33,679 nt of DNA from Perkinsus olseni. Its lineage: Eukaryota. The position numbers and the translations under genes are program-made. Below the pieces are notes generated by a model. That model saw nothing but the letters and a program-made list of their open reading frames with translations, was not told the origin of the DNA and did no database searches. The stretch is from contig JABANN010000385.1 of NCBI GenBank assembly GCA_013115125.1, positions 1 through 33,679 on the forward strand, read 5' to 3'. Shown piece after piece: positions 13,446 to 29,099 of this stretch; the first letter of the stretch is position 1, and the number at the start of each line of letters is the position of its first letter.

Positions 13446-13760
13446 AGCGGAGGGATGAATCAAATTAAAGTTAGTCAACTGAAAACAGCAAAAGTATCTT
13501 CCAAGATTTTAACAAGATATATGCTCCCAATGCCGATCACCGACACCCCTGCACTTCCCACGACCGTGGCGAGAGACCTGCTCAATTTTGGGAAGTGATC
13601 GAGTGATCGAGAACCCCGGATAGTAGAGGAAAGGTTCTGGAAAAGCCCCGAGTACATGTTTATACTAGCCATGCAGCTCTACGCTGCAACTACTTCCACT
13701 TGCACTCTTGCACTGTCTTGAAATTCCTCAATGTAGAGTTCACAGCATAATATAATAATC
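13446..13760. promoter_or_regulatory. Short divergent intergenic region (probable bidirectional promoter) with a pyrimidine-rich AG acceptor on the minus strand at 13479-13480
   Basis: 315 nt separate the head-to-head ATGs of the SLC35 gene and DDX41. The minus strand reads CTTTTGCTGTTTTCAG 34 nt before the SLC35 ATG. Confidence 0.5.
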
Positions 13761-17501
<3,741 letters not shown>

Positions 17502-17598
17502 TCGCTACTCTTCTACGTTACATTATTCGCTATCATTTCGTAGCACTAGATGTGTTGGGTTCCCTCAGTTCATATATCCGGTAGTTGTCGGGTGTGAC

Positions 17599-18333
17599 AT
17601 GTCTGATACGGAAAAACCTCGCGAGAAATCTGAGGAGTCCACGCGCGAAGGGGAGGAAGAGGAAGAGTTTCAGCGGGCAATGGAGCTCGTGGAGAGGAGG
17701 CTGCGGGACATGTACGTCTTTGCGGCGTCGGACCGAGCGGGTTTTCCTGCTTCTCATACAGTACTCATTGCGAAATTCCAGTGCGAAAGGTGCAGGGGTC
17801 GAACCTGGGTGGGTTGGTCCATTGCCGTCGGAGCGATTCGTCACATCCCCGGTGTCCCCGTCAGTCTCCTTGAAACGTAGCAGCAGATCGCCTCTTTTCA
17901 GGGATGCCGACTACGAGGCAACACTAGCAGCTGAGAAACCGAAGGAAGGAGATAAAGAAGAGGCATCGGCCGAAGAGCTTGGGTGAGGACATCATCACAG
18001 TCCTTTTCTTGGAGAGCCGAAACGACAGGTACGACCGACTTTGCAGTGACTCGAGCGATGATGAGGAAGGGCAGTTCGGAGCCTTCATCAGCGGCCAAGT
18101 TGCGGAGGAGAGAAAAGCAGATGTCGACCGGCCGGCAGCAGCTCTCCATCCCAAACCGTGAGTCCTGTGTGGCATCAGATTGATGGTGATGATTCATCAG
18201 GATGTCCCCCGAGAGGAGGCAGCGCATCCGGGAGGCCATGGCGTCGATCCCTCCACCCGATGCACCCGAGTGGGCCCGAGGGCTCAGCGATGAGGAGTTC
18301 CTCAAGGCCGCCGTCCTCCGCTGCACCCGTTGA
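17599..18333 (+). CDS. Small acidic protein with a MEA1 (male-enhanced antigen 1)-like C-terminus, 4 exons
   Basis: ATG at 17599 (MSDTEKPREK...), acidic middle exons, and last exon MSPERRQRIREAMASIPPPDAPEWARGLSDEEFLKAAVLRCTR*. This resembles the MEA1 C-terminal pattern M...(V/I)K..MA.(V/I).LP...P.WA..ISD..W, recalled from family knowledge. Confidence 0.65.
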
Positions 18334-18632
18334 GATGAGTAGAATGGCTGTATGCATTTTTCATCGTTCAATTGATGTTGCTTTCGATTACGCGGTCAAT
18401 CTATTGGGCAAGTTCAAAGGGGAATTCCCCGCGATTCGTGGGGAACCGCGTCAGGTTCGACGGGAACAGAAGGACCGACCCGCTCGGTCCGACTCAGAGT
18501 CTGAGTCTGGCTATGGCAACGCTCTTCTCCGGACGTGGGGAAGAAAAGAGCTCCTGCCGATCTCAAGACTCAGTGAGAGCACCTCCCTGAGGGCTTATCT
18601 TTATCTGGACCGAGACTTGGGGAAAATGCACA

Positions 18633-20308
18633 TTAATAAACCGACTGGCCCTTCAACCCATTCAAACAAAAGTGAGAATTGTTGTCAGAAATTAACGGAA
18701 ACATCATCTTGCATGGCACGAGTGAACTGAGGGGTGATGAGGAGCAAGTCAATCGAGTAGGGGTCAACTTGTATTTCTCGAAGAACTCGGAAATCTCTCG
18801 AAGGCATCGCTCGGAGTACCTCATCCACCTGGAAGAATCCTAGGTTGATCCTTGCTCATCGCAGAAGAGTCGCCTACCTCTATTTGATACCGTGGCTGCG
18901 GAGCAACCCCGTCCACTTCGAACTGGATGCACCTCTTCAACCTCCTCAACGCCTCCAAAGGGAGGCACTCCAAGTCCCGTGACACCGAGGAGAAGTAACA
19001 GATCTGGAAAGCCGCCAAAACCATAGCGGCAGATTCGGCGGGGAGGACAGTCGGGGCCACCGAAGGGACGATCTCCTGCAGGGGAGGGACCTGGGCCTGA
19101 CTATCGTCCCAACCCATAAAGCGTAAACCATAGAGGAAGAAGCTCTCATACGTGACCCTAGAGACCAGGGAAGGGAGGGCAGTGCTGGCGACGGGACAGG
19201 ACAGACGGAAGCAGTCGGCGATGTAACGCAACTGAGGACAGCAGTGAGGGGTGGCAATGGGGGGTCAACGCTCACGTAGGAGCCAGTAGACCAGCCTCGG
19301 CCTGCTCCACTTTGGTCTCCTTCTACTCCTCGGGACAGCAGGCCTTCATGCCGGTACGGAATCAGGGATATCGAGTGAAGGGCGAGAAGGTAAGATTCAC
19401 GATCAGCCTCCCGGGCTAAGCTGAAGAGCATCCAAGGTCGACCCTGGCAGATCACAAATTGAGCTCACCTGTTCGTCAAGGCAGTGATATCTGGGTGGAT
19501 ATCGGCAGCCGTATTTTTCTGCATCCTGCATCGGACGTAGAGCAGCTGTGCCCTCGCCTGTGGTGAAGTCAAGGCCGCAGCTTCCGGCAGGTGCCGCTCC
19601 AGTCGAGGGGCGTTGATGGCCATCTGCCCGAAAGACGCAGTAGTTTAGGGGACCCTCCTTCCGCTGGGCTGACCTTGGACAATCCAAACACTATCCCGAC
19701 GAGGCCTCGGGCGTCCAATCGGTCGGAGGGACACCTCCCCTCGAGGAGGTCAGCTGCCCGGCCTATCATCCTCGTCCACAGCTCGACGTCCCTGACCTCT
19801 GTCCGGTACCTGATCAGCCTACCAGCAGATTGCGCTCGTCATTATTATTACATCGCCGTTGACATGAGGGGAAGGTCCTTCCCTGAAGATAGGGCGAGGC
19901 CACGACCAACACAATCCGCCACAAGGGACCGGATGGTCTCCAGCTCGGCCTTGGCGATGTCGTGGTTGACTGCCGCCGCCACGCCCAAGGCAACGTGGGC
20001 TAATGCAGTTGGTGATGGAGGGATCGGTCGTCTTCCGGGAAGGTGGTGGCCGCAAAGTGTATCTAGCAAGCTTCAACCTTGGATACGTCTCGGAGGGTTG
20101 CCCACATCCTACCACCTCCCTCTCTAAGATACGCCACGACATGCATGATGCGCTGAGGAGTTTTCCGATCTCCCAGCTGGGTCGTACTGAGATGCCGCAG
20201 CAGTAACGATACAGTGTCCAAGTCCGGACGCTGGGCCTCGAGGAACGACTGCAGAGTCGACCCTGTCCGAGCCTCGTGGTGAATGAACTTCCGCAGGAAC
20301 CTTGCCAT
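18633..20308 (-). CDS. Multi-exon hypothetical protein
   Basis: Likely ATG at 20308 (MARFLRKFIHHEARTG). Consecutive minus frames (19848-20069, 18821-19231, 18633-18824) are linked by short GT-AG introns, e.g. YQIE|GTAGGC...CCTAG|DSSRWMRYSE. No family recognised. Confidence 0.55.
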
Positions 20309-20423
20309 TGACTCGGATGCCGCTGCTAACGGCCGCCCTCTGACCACATCAACACAATGCGATGGGAGTTGGGAGAGTAATGGTACTAGTAGGAATGGTA
20401 CGTTATAATCTGCCGAAGGGTCA

Positions 20424-22035
20424 TCAGCCAAACATGTCCACCTCTTCCTCTTCTTGCTTCTTCTTGGTCGTCTCGGAGGGGCCGTTCAAGACCGTGGAGC
20501 TCTTCACAAACGACATACGGAAAGGGTTGCTGCCGGTGACGCTGGGTTTGCTGGCACCCGAGGCGACCTCCATCATCCTCTTCTCCAGTAGCGATCGGGG
20601 GGCCGGCCCGACAGAGCCTGAGTACCCTAGGCCCGGACGCTCCGCTTCGGCTTCTGCACCACCATAGGAACCATCTAGGTCTGCAAGAGAAGACCCGTAA
20701 AATGCCGCGACTGAGAATCGAACCCGCGGCCATGCCGTACTCATATTGAGGTGTTTAGACTCTCTCATAGCTTCCGTCTCCTCAGTGACCTCTAACTGCT
20801 CCAACTCCCTCTCCTCCCTCCTCAACTTGGCCTCCCGCAACCCTTCCTTCCATCCAGTTAACCCCTCCAGTCGCCGCTTTCGTTCACGCAGCAACGCCGA
20901 TCGATCCTGCCGGAAAGCAGTCACATCGGGAACCAGATTTTCCCCCGCCCCCTCATCCTCATACTACCTGATACCGTTCAGCGCGAGCCCTCTCTCCTCT
21001 AATCTCATCCTCAGTCTTGCCAAACATCTTCCTCCGAGCATAGTTACTATGCAGTCCAAAGGCCCCTCCACTGGTCTCCACTATCGGCTGGGCCACAGCA
21101 GCTTCGGACTCTCCCTCGTCGCCTCCTGCCGGGCTCCCAGTACGGACATCGCACTTCATAAAACACCTCCGACCAAGTTGGATTTGCCCTCGGTGCTTGA
21201 TTTCAACTTTTTCTCCTCGATCCAGTTCCCGCCCATCCACAATGACTAGCCCGTGCAGGGCCTGTATTTGAAAACAATTCTGCTTCTTACTCCAGCTGAT
21301 CCGGCACTGCTTGGTCGCATGGATATCCGGGAAGGCGCTGAGATCTGCTATATGCCGGCCCAGCACGCCTCCAACCGTATCAACCCTCAGAATCTGTTCC
21401 GTGCGGTCCCAAGGAGAATCCAGTGTCTCCAAATACGTTCTCATCTGGTCGTTTTCATCGGCACCAGCCTGCGGAGTGAAGTGCTGCAGCACCCAGAGCT
21501 TCCCTTGTACGGGGAGATCCCGGAAGGTCTTCTCAACCCGCTTGGACAGCTTGAGGTGGGCGACCGTCTCGTCAACTGCTTTGTTGATGGAAACAACCTG
21601 CTGTGCGTCCGGAGGGGGCGGTTTGAAGGAAAGATAGAGCTCAGGGCCACCCGTAGTGAGCAGCTCAGCCGGCGGCCGGGGGACATTCGGTCCGATCTCG
21701 CAGGGGTTGGCCAAAGACCAGATAAGTCTCCCTTCCGATGAGAGACTATCATACTCGTGCATGAGCACTTGGGGCAGAGTCAAGGAATACAACTTGCCAG
21801 TTAATGAGGAGAAACAGTAACCCATCGTGGGGGTTCTAAAATTCCATACCTAGTTACAACAGTCGGGTGATGACGATGTTATCTCATTAACCCTGAGTAC
21901 TACATCCACGCAGTCGCTGAAGGTGTCCTTCATTTCCTGTTCGCGCGGTAGCAGTCTATGAGTGGGATCCTTCCCAGAGGAGGAAGAGGCGTCTTGGTGG
22001 ACGTGAGACCCTCGTCCATGCCGCTGGGTGGACAT
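20424..22035 (-). CDS. FHA-domain protein, 3 exons (loosely AGGF1-like layout)
   Basis: ATG at 22035 (MSTQRHG). An intron precedes VWNFRTPTMGYCFSSLTGKLYS. FHA-like block: GGVLGRHIADL...KQCRISWSKKQNCFQIQALHGLVIVDGRELDRGEKVEIKHRGQIQLGRRCF. An intron joins RYQ|DRSALLRERK; the protein ends EEEEVDMFG*. Confidence 0.75.
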
Positions 22036-22242
22036 GGTGAGAGCGATACAGATAAAGCTGTCACACACGTCAGTTCATGGCCAAGGAGCTGTTCAACGAA
22101 AAAGATCGATCCCAATCCTGATTGAAGTGCCACCGATCCTTCCCGTGGGAACAGCACTAAACACGACTCCAAGCGATTGTAACACCTGACATCGGGTACA
22201 CCATGGGAGGGCTTTATCGACAGCATCGCGCCCCGGCCCCAA

Positions 22243-23757
22243 TCACAACAGAGAGTGATACACCAGCTCTGCAGCCCTCTTTAGTAGCCTCTCTCTATTA
22301 CCGTCATTCAGCTCTTCGAACAGGATTGATTTCTCAGTGTTGTCCATCAATCTGTCGAGGTAGTCCTGGATGGTCCTTCCGTACTCAACCAACTGGGCCT
22401 CGCATACGGCTATGCTGTGCTCCCCCTCTATCCTAGAAGCTCTCCTCTCTACGTCGCGCCATTGGTTCACTGACTTAGCCGGCATATCATCCTTCTCCCA
22501 GATTCTGAATGTAAGAGTACTTTCGAGTCACCACAAAAGACCTACTGTGTCCCGACGATATCTATATCGTGAAGCTTGAGCTTGCAAGTTGGATCTGCCG
22601 CCCCGAGCCTGATGGCCACGGTCCTCTTCTTGGTCGACTGCAGGGCGGGAAGGAGAGGAGAGCGGGTAGTAGAAGCAGCCTTAGTATTACGAAGGTGATA
22701 GGAGAGCACATACAATAATAACTGCCCTTCTTGTGTAGTTTATCGTGAGCCAAACTCCAGATGAAAGCGGGAACCACCTCCGCGTCTCCTTCCGTCAAAC
22801 GGGTTTTCCGAATTTCCCCCAGCATGCCTGTGACGTGCGTGGCCACGCCCACCAATCCGTCCTCGCCGACGATAGAAGCCAGATCTTTCTTGGACTGGAG
22901 AGCTCGAGCGAGACCTTCTTTCCCCCATAGTTCCGTTTGGCTTTTGCAAGTGGCTTCCGGATCGCGACTGGTTCTAGTAGAACCGTTCTACTTGGTATGA
23001 TATCGGCAACATCGAGCATGACGTTCATACGGGTGGTGTTATTATATTGACTGAGGGGACACAATCAATGGTCATCAAAGAGCATCGACTGGACATCCTC
23101 CTGCTCACCCGTTCTCCCAGGCGTAGATGAGGTCCAAAGCGGTACGCCTGGGCGTGGGCTTTCCACGACGATCCAGCTGCTTCGCATGGACAACGACACC
23201 ACCCTGGCGTTGGAGGCACATGAACGCTAGTAGAATCGTCAAGCGCTCACCAGGTTGGACTGCTCTTCAGTAGTCGAAGGACCCGCTGGGAAGGTGTAAG
23301 AGAGGGAGCAGCGGTCCTGTCAACGAGGCGATGCATGAGTGTAGTAAGGAAAAAGTAACGCTACCCAAACCCGATACTGCTCTTTCGTCTTCGCGTTAAC
23401 ATCATCCTGAAAGGGTCATTCCAACCGAGACCATAGCTCAATCAGCCACCAACTGTTACATGAAAGTAGTACCACACCAATCGCTACTCTACATAGACGA
23501 AAAGGACGAGAGACAGATGGAATAGGGGCGTATTTAGATCTCGAACAGAATCTTACTTCGCATTTCCTCCCCATGCAGAAGAGGCTCCTCAAAACGGACC
23601 TGACCCGCTTCGACCTATTTCCCTTCCTGCGCTTGGTATGAGCGGTGGCACTGCCAGCAGCGCTGTGCTGTGCTGCCGATAGTACAGCCGCCATGGCGGC
23701 TTCAACAACAGGCACGGTGAGGGCGAGGCCGACCGCAGCAACGAGGGGACTGCGCAT
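22243..23757 (-). pseudogene. Secreted-family paralogue 1, frameshifted by a 14-bp insertion
   Basis: MRSPLVAAVGLALTVPVVEAA...TKRRKGNRSKR...FCMGRKCE|; GGVVVHAK...ALDLIYAWENG|; LWGKEGLARAL; VPAFIWSLAHDK; CEAQLVEYGRTIQDY...AAELVYHSLL*. Extra 14 bp at 22971-22984 relative to paralogue 3 lead to a stop at 22795. Confidence 0.75.
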
Positions 23758-24614
23758 GAGAGAGAGTGCAAGGGGGTTGGAAGACAACCCGCCTGACCGA
23801 GCGAACTGCAAAGAGCAGCCTCAAGGAGCGATAAGGAAAGAAAGGAACTTTGAGGGCAGCACAACAGCGCACTTTGAGTAGCGCGCGCCACATATCCAGC
23901 CGTTTCGGAATTGGAACTCGCCGGCGCGCTTGCTCTGGTGGTTATACGGCTCGCTTGGGCGGTGGTCAGGGGCGGGTGAATGCACTATTGAATCTTTCTC
24001 ATGACCCCCAGTGTGACCCTATCACGTACATCTACGGAGTTTTGCAGCAGTCTTACTCCTCATCATCATGTTGGAACTTCCTGGAGTTTCACCGCCTGGC
24101 AGTCTGAGAGCAGCCCGGGGCCCAGAAAGGAATGAAAACGTCCAACTCGATTTTCCATCCTCTCCGGGTTAATCCGAAAAGACTCAGCTGCTTAGCCGAG
24201 GCCGAGCTAGTGATGCCGTTGAGTAATTTAAGACAGTGGAAGCCCTCGGGCAATCGACTTTCTCAGGGGATCAAGCTCTGTTAGAGTGTCTTAGAGTGAC
24301 TCTAAGCCATGACCTCGCGGATTGCATTTCAGAGACTCACAACTCGGCAACCGAGCACTTGGAGCTGGGCGACGGCGCCGTGGACTCGACCCACAGGAAG
24401 GCTCTGCACGCTGATGAAAGGCGGCTGAACCACCAACACGGATAGATCATGTGGACGAGACCCCACAGTGACAATGTGGCAACCAACAACGGAACGGGCA
24501 TCTTGCCACTGGCTTGAATGACCCTCCCAGCCCTTGAACTCAACTCACAGTCAACATCTCACACCTAGCACATCATGTTGAACAACGTATTCAGTAGTAG
24601 GTCATCAAGGCGTG

Positions 24615-26720
24615 CTAGACAAGTTGGGCTGCCCTCTGCACCACTAGGCTCCTCCTCTTCCCGTCATCAAGCTCCTCAAACATTATCGACTTCCTCGAGC
24701 TGCTGCTACTGCTGCTGCTGCTGATCAGCAGCCTCTCAAGATAATCCTGTATCGTCCGGCCGTACGCGACCAGCTGTTCCTCACAGACCCCCTCGCTATG
24801 CTCCCCCTCTATCTGGGTCGTTGCTTCTTCTATTTCCTGTAGCCTGCGTACTGACTTCTCCCGCATATCAGATCCTTTTCAAGCCCTGAATACGAATGAA
24901 CGACTACAGTGCATTCTTATTCTTACTGTGAGCGGGTTATCTCAATCTCGTGAAACTTCAGTTTGTTCCACAACCCTGCCGCACCGAGTTTGATCGTAAT
25001 GGTCTGTCTTCCAATCATCTGCAAAGAGCAGGACGTTCCTGAAGAGTGCGATTGCCAAACCACACGGCGGACAGAAGCGGATGAGAAACTGAGAGGAGCT
25101 GCACGATGAGGCAGTGTGATGATGATCCATCCAGAGTCTCTGCCGCGTCAAAGTATTACGCTCCGCTCCGCAGTAGTACCGTGGTTTTTGAAGCTTTAAT
25201 TCTGCCTAGCGTCTGGCTCCAAATGATGAGTCTCTTCGAGCGAGTACTACGCTCACTATGATAGTGCGTCGATGATGAGCATTATCCAAATTAGTTACGA
25301 CACGATAGAGATCAAGGAGCTGTCGCATTCCGACGGCTTCAAGCTAGAATCACCGGGACGGAAAATAAGTAGGGCTGAGCCCTTCCCTTACGGTTTTGAC
25401 GGGAGGGCACTGGAAATAACTTTTCCTCTTCTCATACATTCTCTCTTGCACCAGACCCCAGATGAGAACGGGCACTGTGGTTGGGTCAAGTCCATACCGT
25501 CCACTCTGTCGAATCTCTTCCTGCATGCTCGCAATGTGTCCACCAAGGGGTGCTGTCCTCAACGACACAGCCGGAGTGCTTCTCTCCTGTTTGGGCGCTC
25601 GAGAGAGACTTTCCTTTCCCCAAAGTTGGATTTGCTCGCTACAAGTACTCGCTGCATCGTGGACGGGACTACTAGGTACGACATCTGTCACGTGGGTGAT
25701 AAGGGTCATGCGGTTGATGCTGCCATCTTGCCTGAGACCTCGCAGCCTACAGAGTCGTAGAGTTCCTCTCGTGTGTGCTCACCCGTTCTCCCAAGCATAG
25801 ACGAAGTCCAAGGCGTTACGTCTGTGGGCCTTCGGTTCCACATCATAAGTCAGCTCTTTGGCATAGACAACAACTCCACCCTAAGATTCGCTACAAGGTG
25901 CGCGCCGGGGCGAATCATGAAGATTCGACCCTCACCGAGTTAGAATCTCCATCGCTCTGGGAAGCTTCCGGTGACGGGAAGGTATAGGAGATGGAGCATC
26001 GGTCCTGGCAACGGCGAGGAGGCTTTCAAGGGTGGACGTCAAGAGAGGAACCCTACCGAAAGACGACCCTGTATTTTCTTTTTCGCCTTCCCTTGAGACG
26101 AGTGTATCACCCGAGACCTACGACCGGGCTCACTAACTTCATCAGTTTCGCGTGCATCCCCGGCAACCGGGCGCACTCTGACGGGAGCGGGTTCCTAGCA
26201 GAGATGAATTGCCATTCAAAGGCCGGAGCATTTCTCACAGCGGGCGTTCCCTGTTCCTCTTCGATCTCGGCGAAACTCGGCGTCTGACCAGAGCAGGATA
26301 GGCCGCCACTTTAAAGGGTTGGTAACCGACCTGGTCACCATCAAGCCCGCTTTTGGAGGTGATAACTCGGATGCGGCGTCGTGGTGGGCTGTCCACGGGG
26401 AAACGTGGTACGGCGGTATTAGTCTCTCTTCTAGGGGGGCCTCGGCCTGGGAAGTAGACTGGCATGTAAGCGTGTAGAAGTGTACGTGTGCGCACAGAAG
26501 ATTCCGACGATGAATCGGAGGCCCTCTGAACGGGTCAAAGACATCTTACTTTCTCTTCACACTCGTTGCTGGTGCATGCTATTTTTCTGAAGAAAGAACG
26601 CAAGCCCTTAGGTGCGCTATTCCCTTTCTTCTTCTTTTTCGCTGTACGGCCGGTGCCAGTGCTCGTCTCGAAGACACTCAGCACGAGGCCGGTTGCGATG
26701 ATATGACAAATCGTGCGCAT
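24615..26720 (-). CDS. Secreted-family paralogue 2 (slightly C-terminally truncated)
   Basis: MRTICHIIATGLVLSVF...AKKKKKGN...IACTSNECEEK|; GGVVVYAK...ALDFVYAWENG|; LWGKESLSRA; VPVLIWGLVQER; KLKFHEIEI; CEEQLVAYGRTIQDY...AAQLV*. Confidence 0.75.
24699..24722. repeat. (GCT)n microsatellite encoding a poly-Ser insertion in paralogue 2
   Basis: gctgctgctactgctgctgctgct; translates on the minus strand as LLISSSSSSSSSRKS, and is absent at the same position in the other copies. Confidence 0.8.
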
Positions 26721-27303
26721 GAATGCAGACCAATGGGAGGATGAGAGCAAAAACCGAGGAGGAGTGGAGCGGTTAAAGCGATGGGAACTCGAGGAGCAGA
26801 GGTGTCATCATCACAGCGATAACGCGCCAACTCTGGGCTGCTCTTGGCGACAACGCGGGTGATACTCAGTAAGCACTGAGAGGATCTTCTAGCATACGAG
26901 GACGAGAACTTTATTCTCAAGGACATTTTTCCGGAGTTTAGTGCGCTCGAGGGAGGGGTTTCTAACAGAAGATGCGAATGAGAGTCACTTTTTGTGTACA
27001 GACCGACCGTCCGTCGAGGTTGGGAGATGATCTATTGAGCCTCGGACGAACTCACTAGACTACTGAATAGTATAGTCGAGCTCAGAGGGAGAGAGGCCGC
27101 CGCGGGCGGAGTTCCGGTTGTAGCCCATTCCTGGTGACCTAGAGGAGCTCAGTAATACTGAACGCCTCTGGTATCTATTGCCAGTTGAACCCTCATAACT
27201 AGACACCAGTCGCCGTGAACTCAAGTCCAAGTGACTTCAACATCAACTCACATCAAACACATCATGTAAAGCATCCTAGAGCAGCAGCACATCATACTCA
27301 TAT

Positions 27304-29099
27304 CTAAGGTTTGCGCGTGGGAACCCTGAAGAAGGCCCGGTACAGCAGGTTAGCTGCCATGTGAAGCTTGTCCTTCATCTCCTCGTCATCACTTGGTGGG
27401 GCAAGCAAGATAGACTTTCTCGAACCCTTCTGTATCTGGTCAACATAGCCCTGTATGGTCCTGCCATATTCAATGAACTGGTCCGCGCAAAGGCTCTTGC
27501 TGTGAGCCCCCTTAAGCTGAATAGTTTCATTTTCGAGCTCATGTAGCTTGCCCACTCGCACTGGCTGGACATCATCCTCTCTCCAAGGGCTGAAGGGAAA
27601 GACCTCATAACAACCGTGATCATGCACGCTTCTCCTCACCGCGATCCGATGACTTCAACTTCGTGCAGTTTCAGTTTGCTATCCGTGCCAGCTCCACCGA
27701 GCTTGAAGATCACCGTATTGTTATCAGTGCTTTGCTACAAACAACAGATGGACCTCAGGTCCTCGACAGACTCAGCCATCCCCTTACGATGATAACGGGT
27801 GGACACACGTAGTAGTTATTGCTCTTCTCCTGCTCTCGTAGCTTATCATGCACCAAACTCCAGATAAAGGCAGGGGCCTTCTCTGGATCAGCGGTCTGAT
27901 CTTCGTTTTCCCTGGCTTCCTCTTCCAGACCCAAGATGTGGCCAATGAGCCCAGTTGTTTCCGGCGCCAACATGCGGGTGAAGTCAGCCAGCAAGTCCTC
28001 CTCTCGGAAAGTAGAAGCAAGATCTGTCTCGGACTGGAGAGCTCGAGTGAGACCTTCTCTCCCCCATAGTTCCGTTTGGCTAGTGCAGGTGGCTTCAGGA
28101 TCGATAGTGGTTCTACTTGGTATGATATCGCCAACATCGAGCATGATGTTCATACGGTTGATGTTATTATATTGACTGAGGGATATAATGGTCATCAAAG
28201 ACAATCGGCAGGGCAACAGCGCTTGCCATGCTTACCCGTTCTCCCAAGCGTAGATGTAGTCCAGCGCGGTGTGCTTCGAGGCCGCCCCTCTGCCATCACG
28301 GACCAGCTCGTTCGCATGGACAACAATACCACCCTAAGATACGTATGGGTATCAGAACGCAAGTAGACCGACTCAGCCCCTACCATGTGGGGCTCCTCCT
28401 CATCAGTCTCCGGAGAATTCAGTTGGAAGGTGTAAGGGAGAGAACAGTCACCCTGAAAGCACAGGGGACAGCCCGTAGAGAAGAGCGCGGTCGGGAGGGC
28501 TCTACCGTGACACGGAGTTTTGGTTCTTCTTCCACCATGACTTGGATCTGAAAGGATTGCTGCTGCTCCCCAATCCATCAGCCAACTAGATCGCCGCTCA
28601 CCTCAGGCCTTCCATTCCCCTCGACGCTCTGGCTGCCTCCCGCAGGACCGGGTACCTGGCCAAGAGCAGTTACGCCACGGACTGAAAGGGAGGCCGTCGA
28701 GCAGCTGATGAAAGAACTCTTCTCGCATGAGAATTTCAATGAAGAATTGTGAGAGTATGCCCGTGAGTGACGACGCTACCTCGCTTTCGCCTCCACCCTC
28801 CTCAGCCTGAACCAGCGAGAACAAGAGTCACGAAGATAGCATACCAACCAACAAGGAGCTCGCGGAAAAGAAGGCTGCTGTGTCCCTCAGCAATATCTTA
28901 CCTTCTCGCACTTGCCACTTCTGCATCTAAAATTTCTCAGGAGGGAACCAAACCCTTGAGAGCCCGTGGATGCTTTCCTCTCTCTTTTCTCTCTTTTCTC
29001 TTTCTTCTGTTTCTTTTTCTTCGGCGTGGTAGCAGTAGCCGCCCCAACGTCATACACGCTGAGTGCAAGTCCGACGGCAATGACGGGGAGAGTTCGCAT
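27304..29099 (-). CDS. Secreted-family paralogue 3 (apparently intact)
   Basis: MRTLPVIAVGLALSVYDVGAA...PKKKKQKKEKREKRERK...FRCRSGKCEK|; GGIVVHAN...ALDYIYAWENG|QYNNINRM; LWGREGLTRAL; APAFIWSLVHDK; KLKLHEVEV; CADQFIEYGRTIQGY...AANLLY. Confidence 0.8.

Noticed and set aside
19591-21741. Long plus-strand ORFs (e.g. 19591-20127, 20746-21249, 21253-21741) and similar antisense ORFs elsewhere
   Set aside because: They lie antisense to well-supported minus-strand exons and have no recognisable motifs, as expected by chance at this GC content.
23051-23070. Apparent second frameshift (+5 nt) in paralogue 1 versus paralogue 3
   Set aside because: It falls inside the intron ending at CCCTCAG|T CAA TAT, so it does not affect the frame.
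25220-25290. Box C-like ATGATGA motifs suggesting a snoRNA
   Set aside because: They are antisense to the host intron, with no suitably placed box D (CTGA) or terminal stem.
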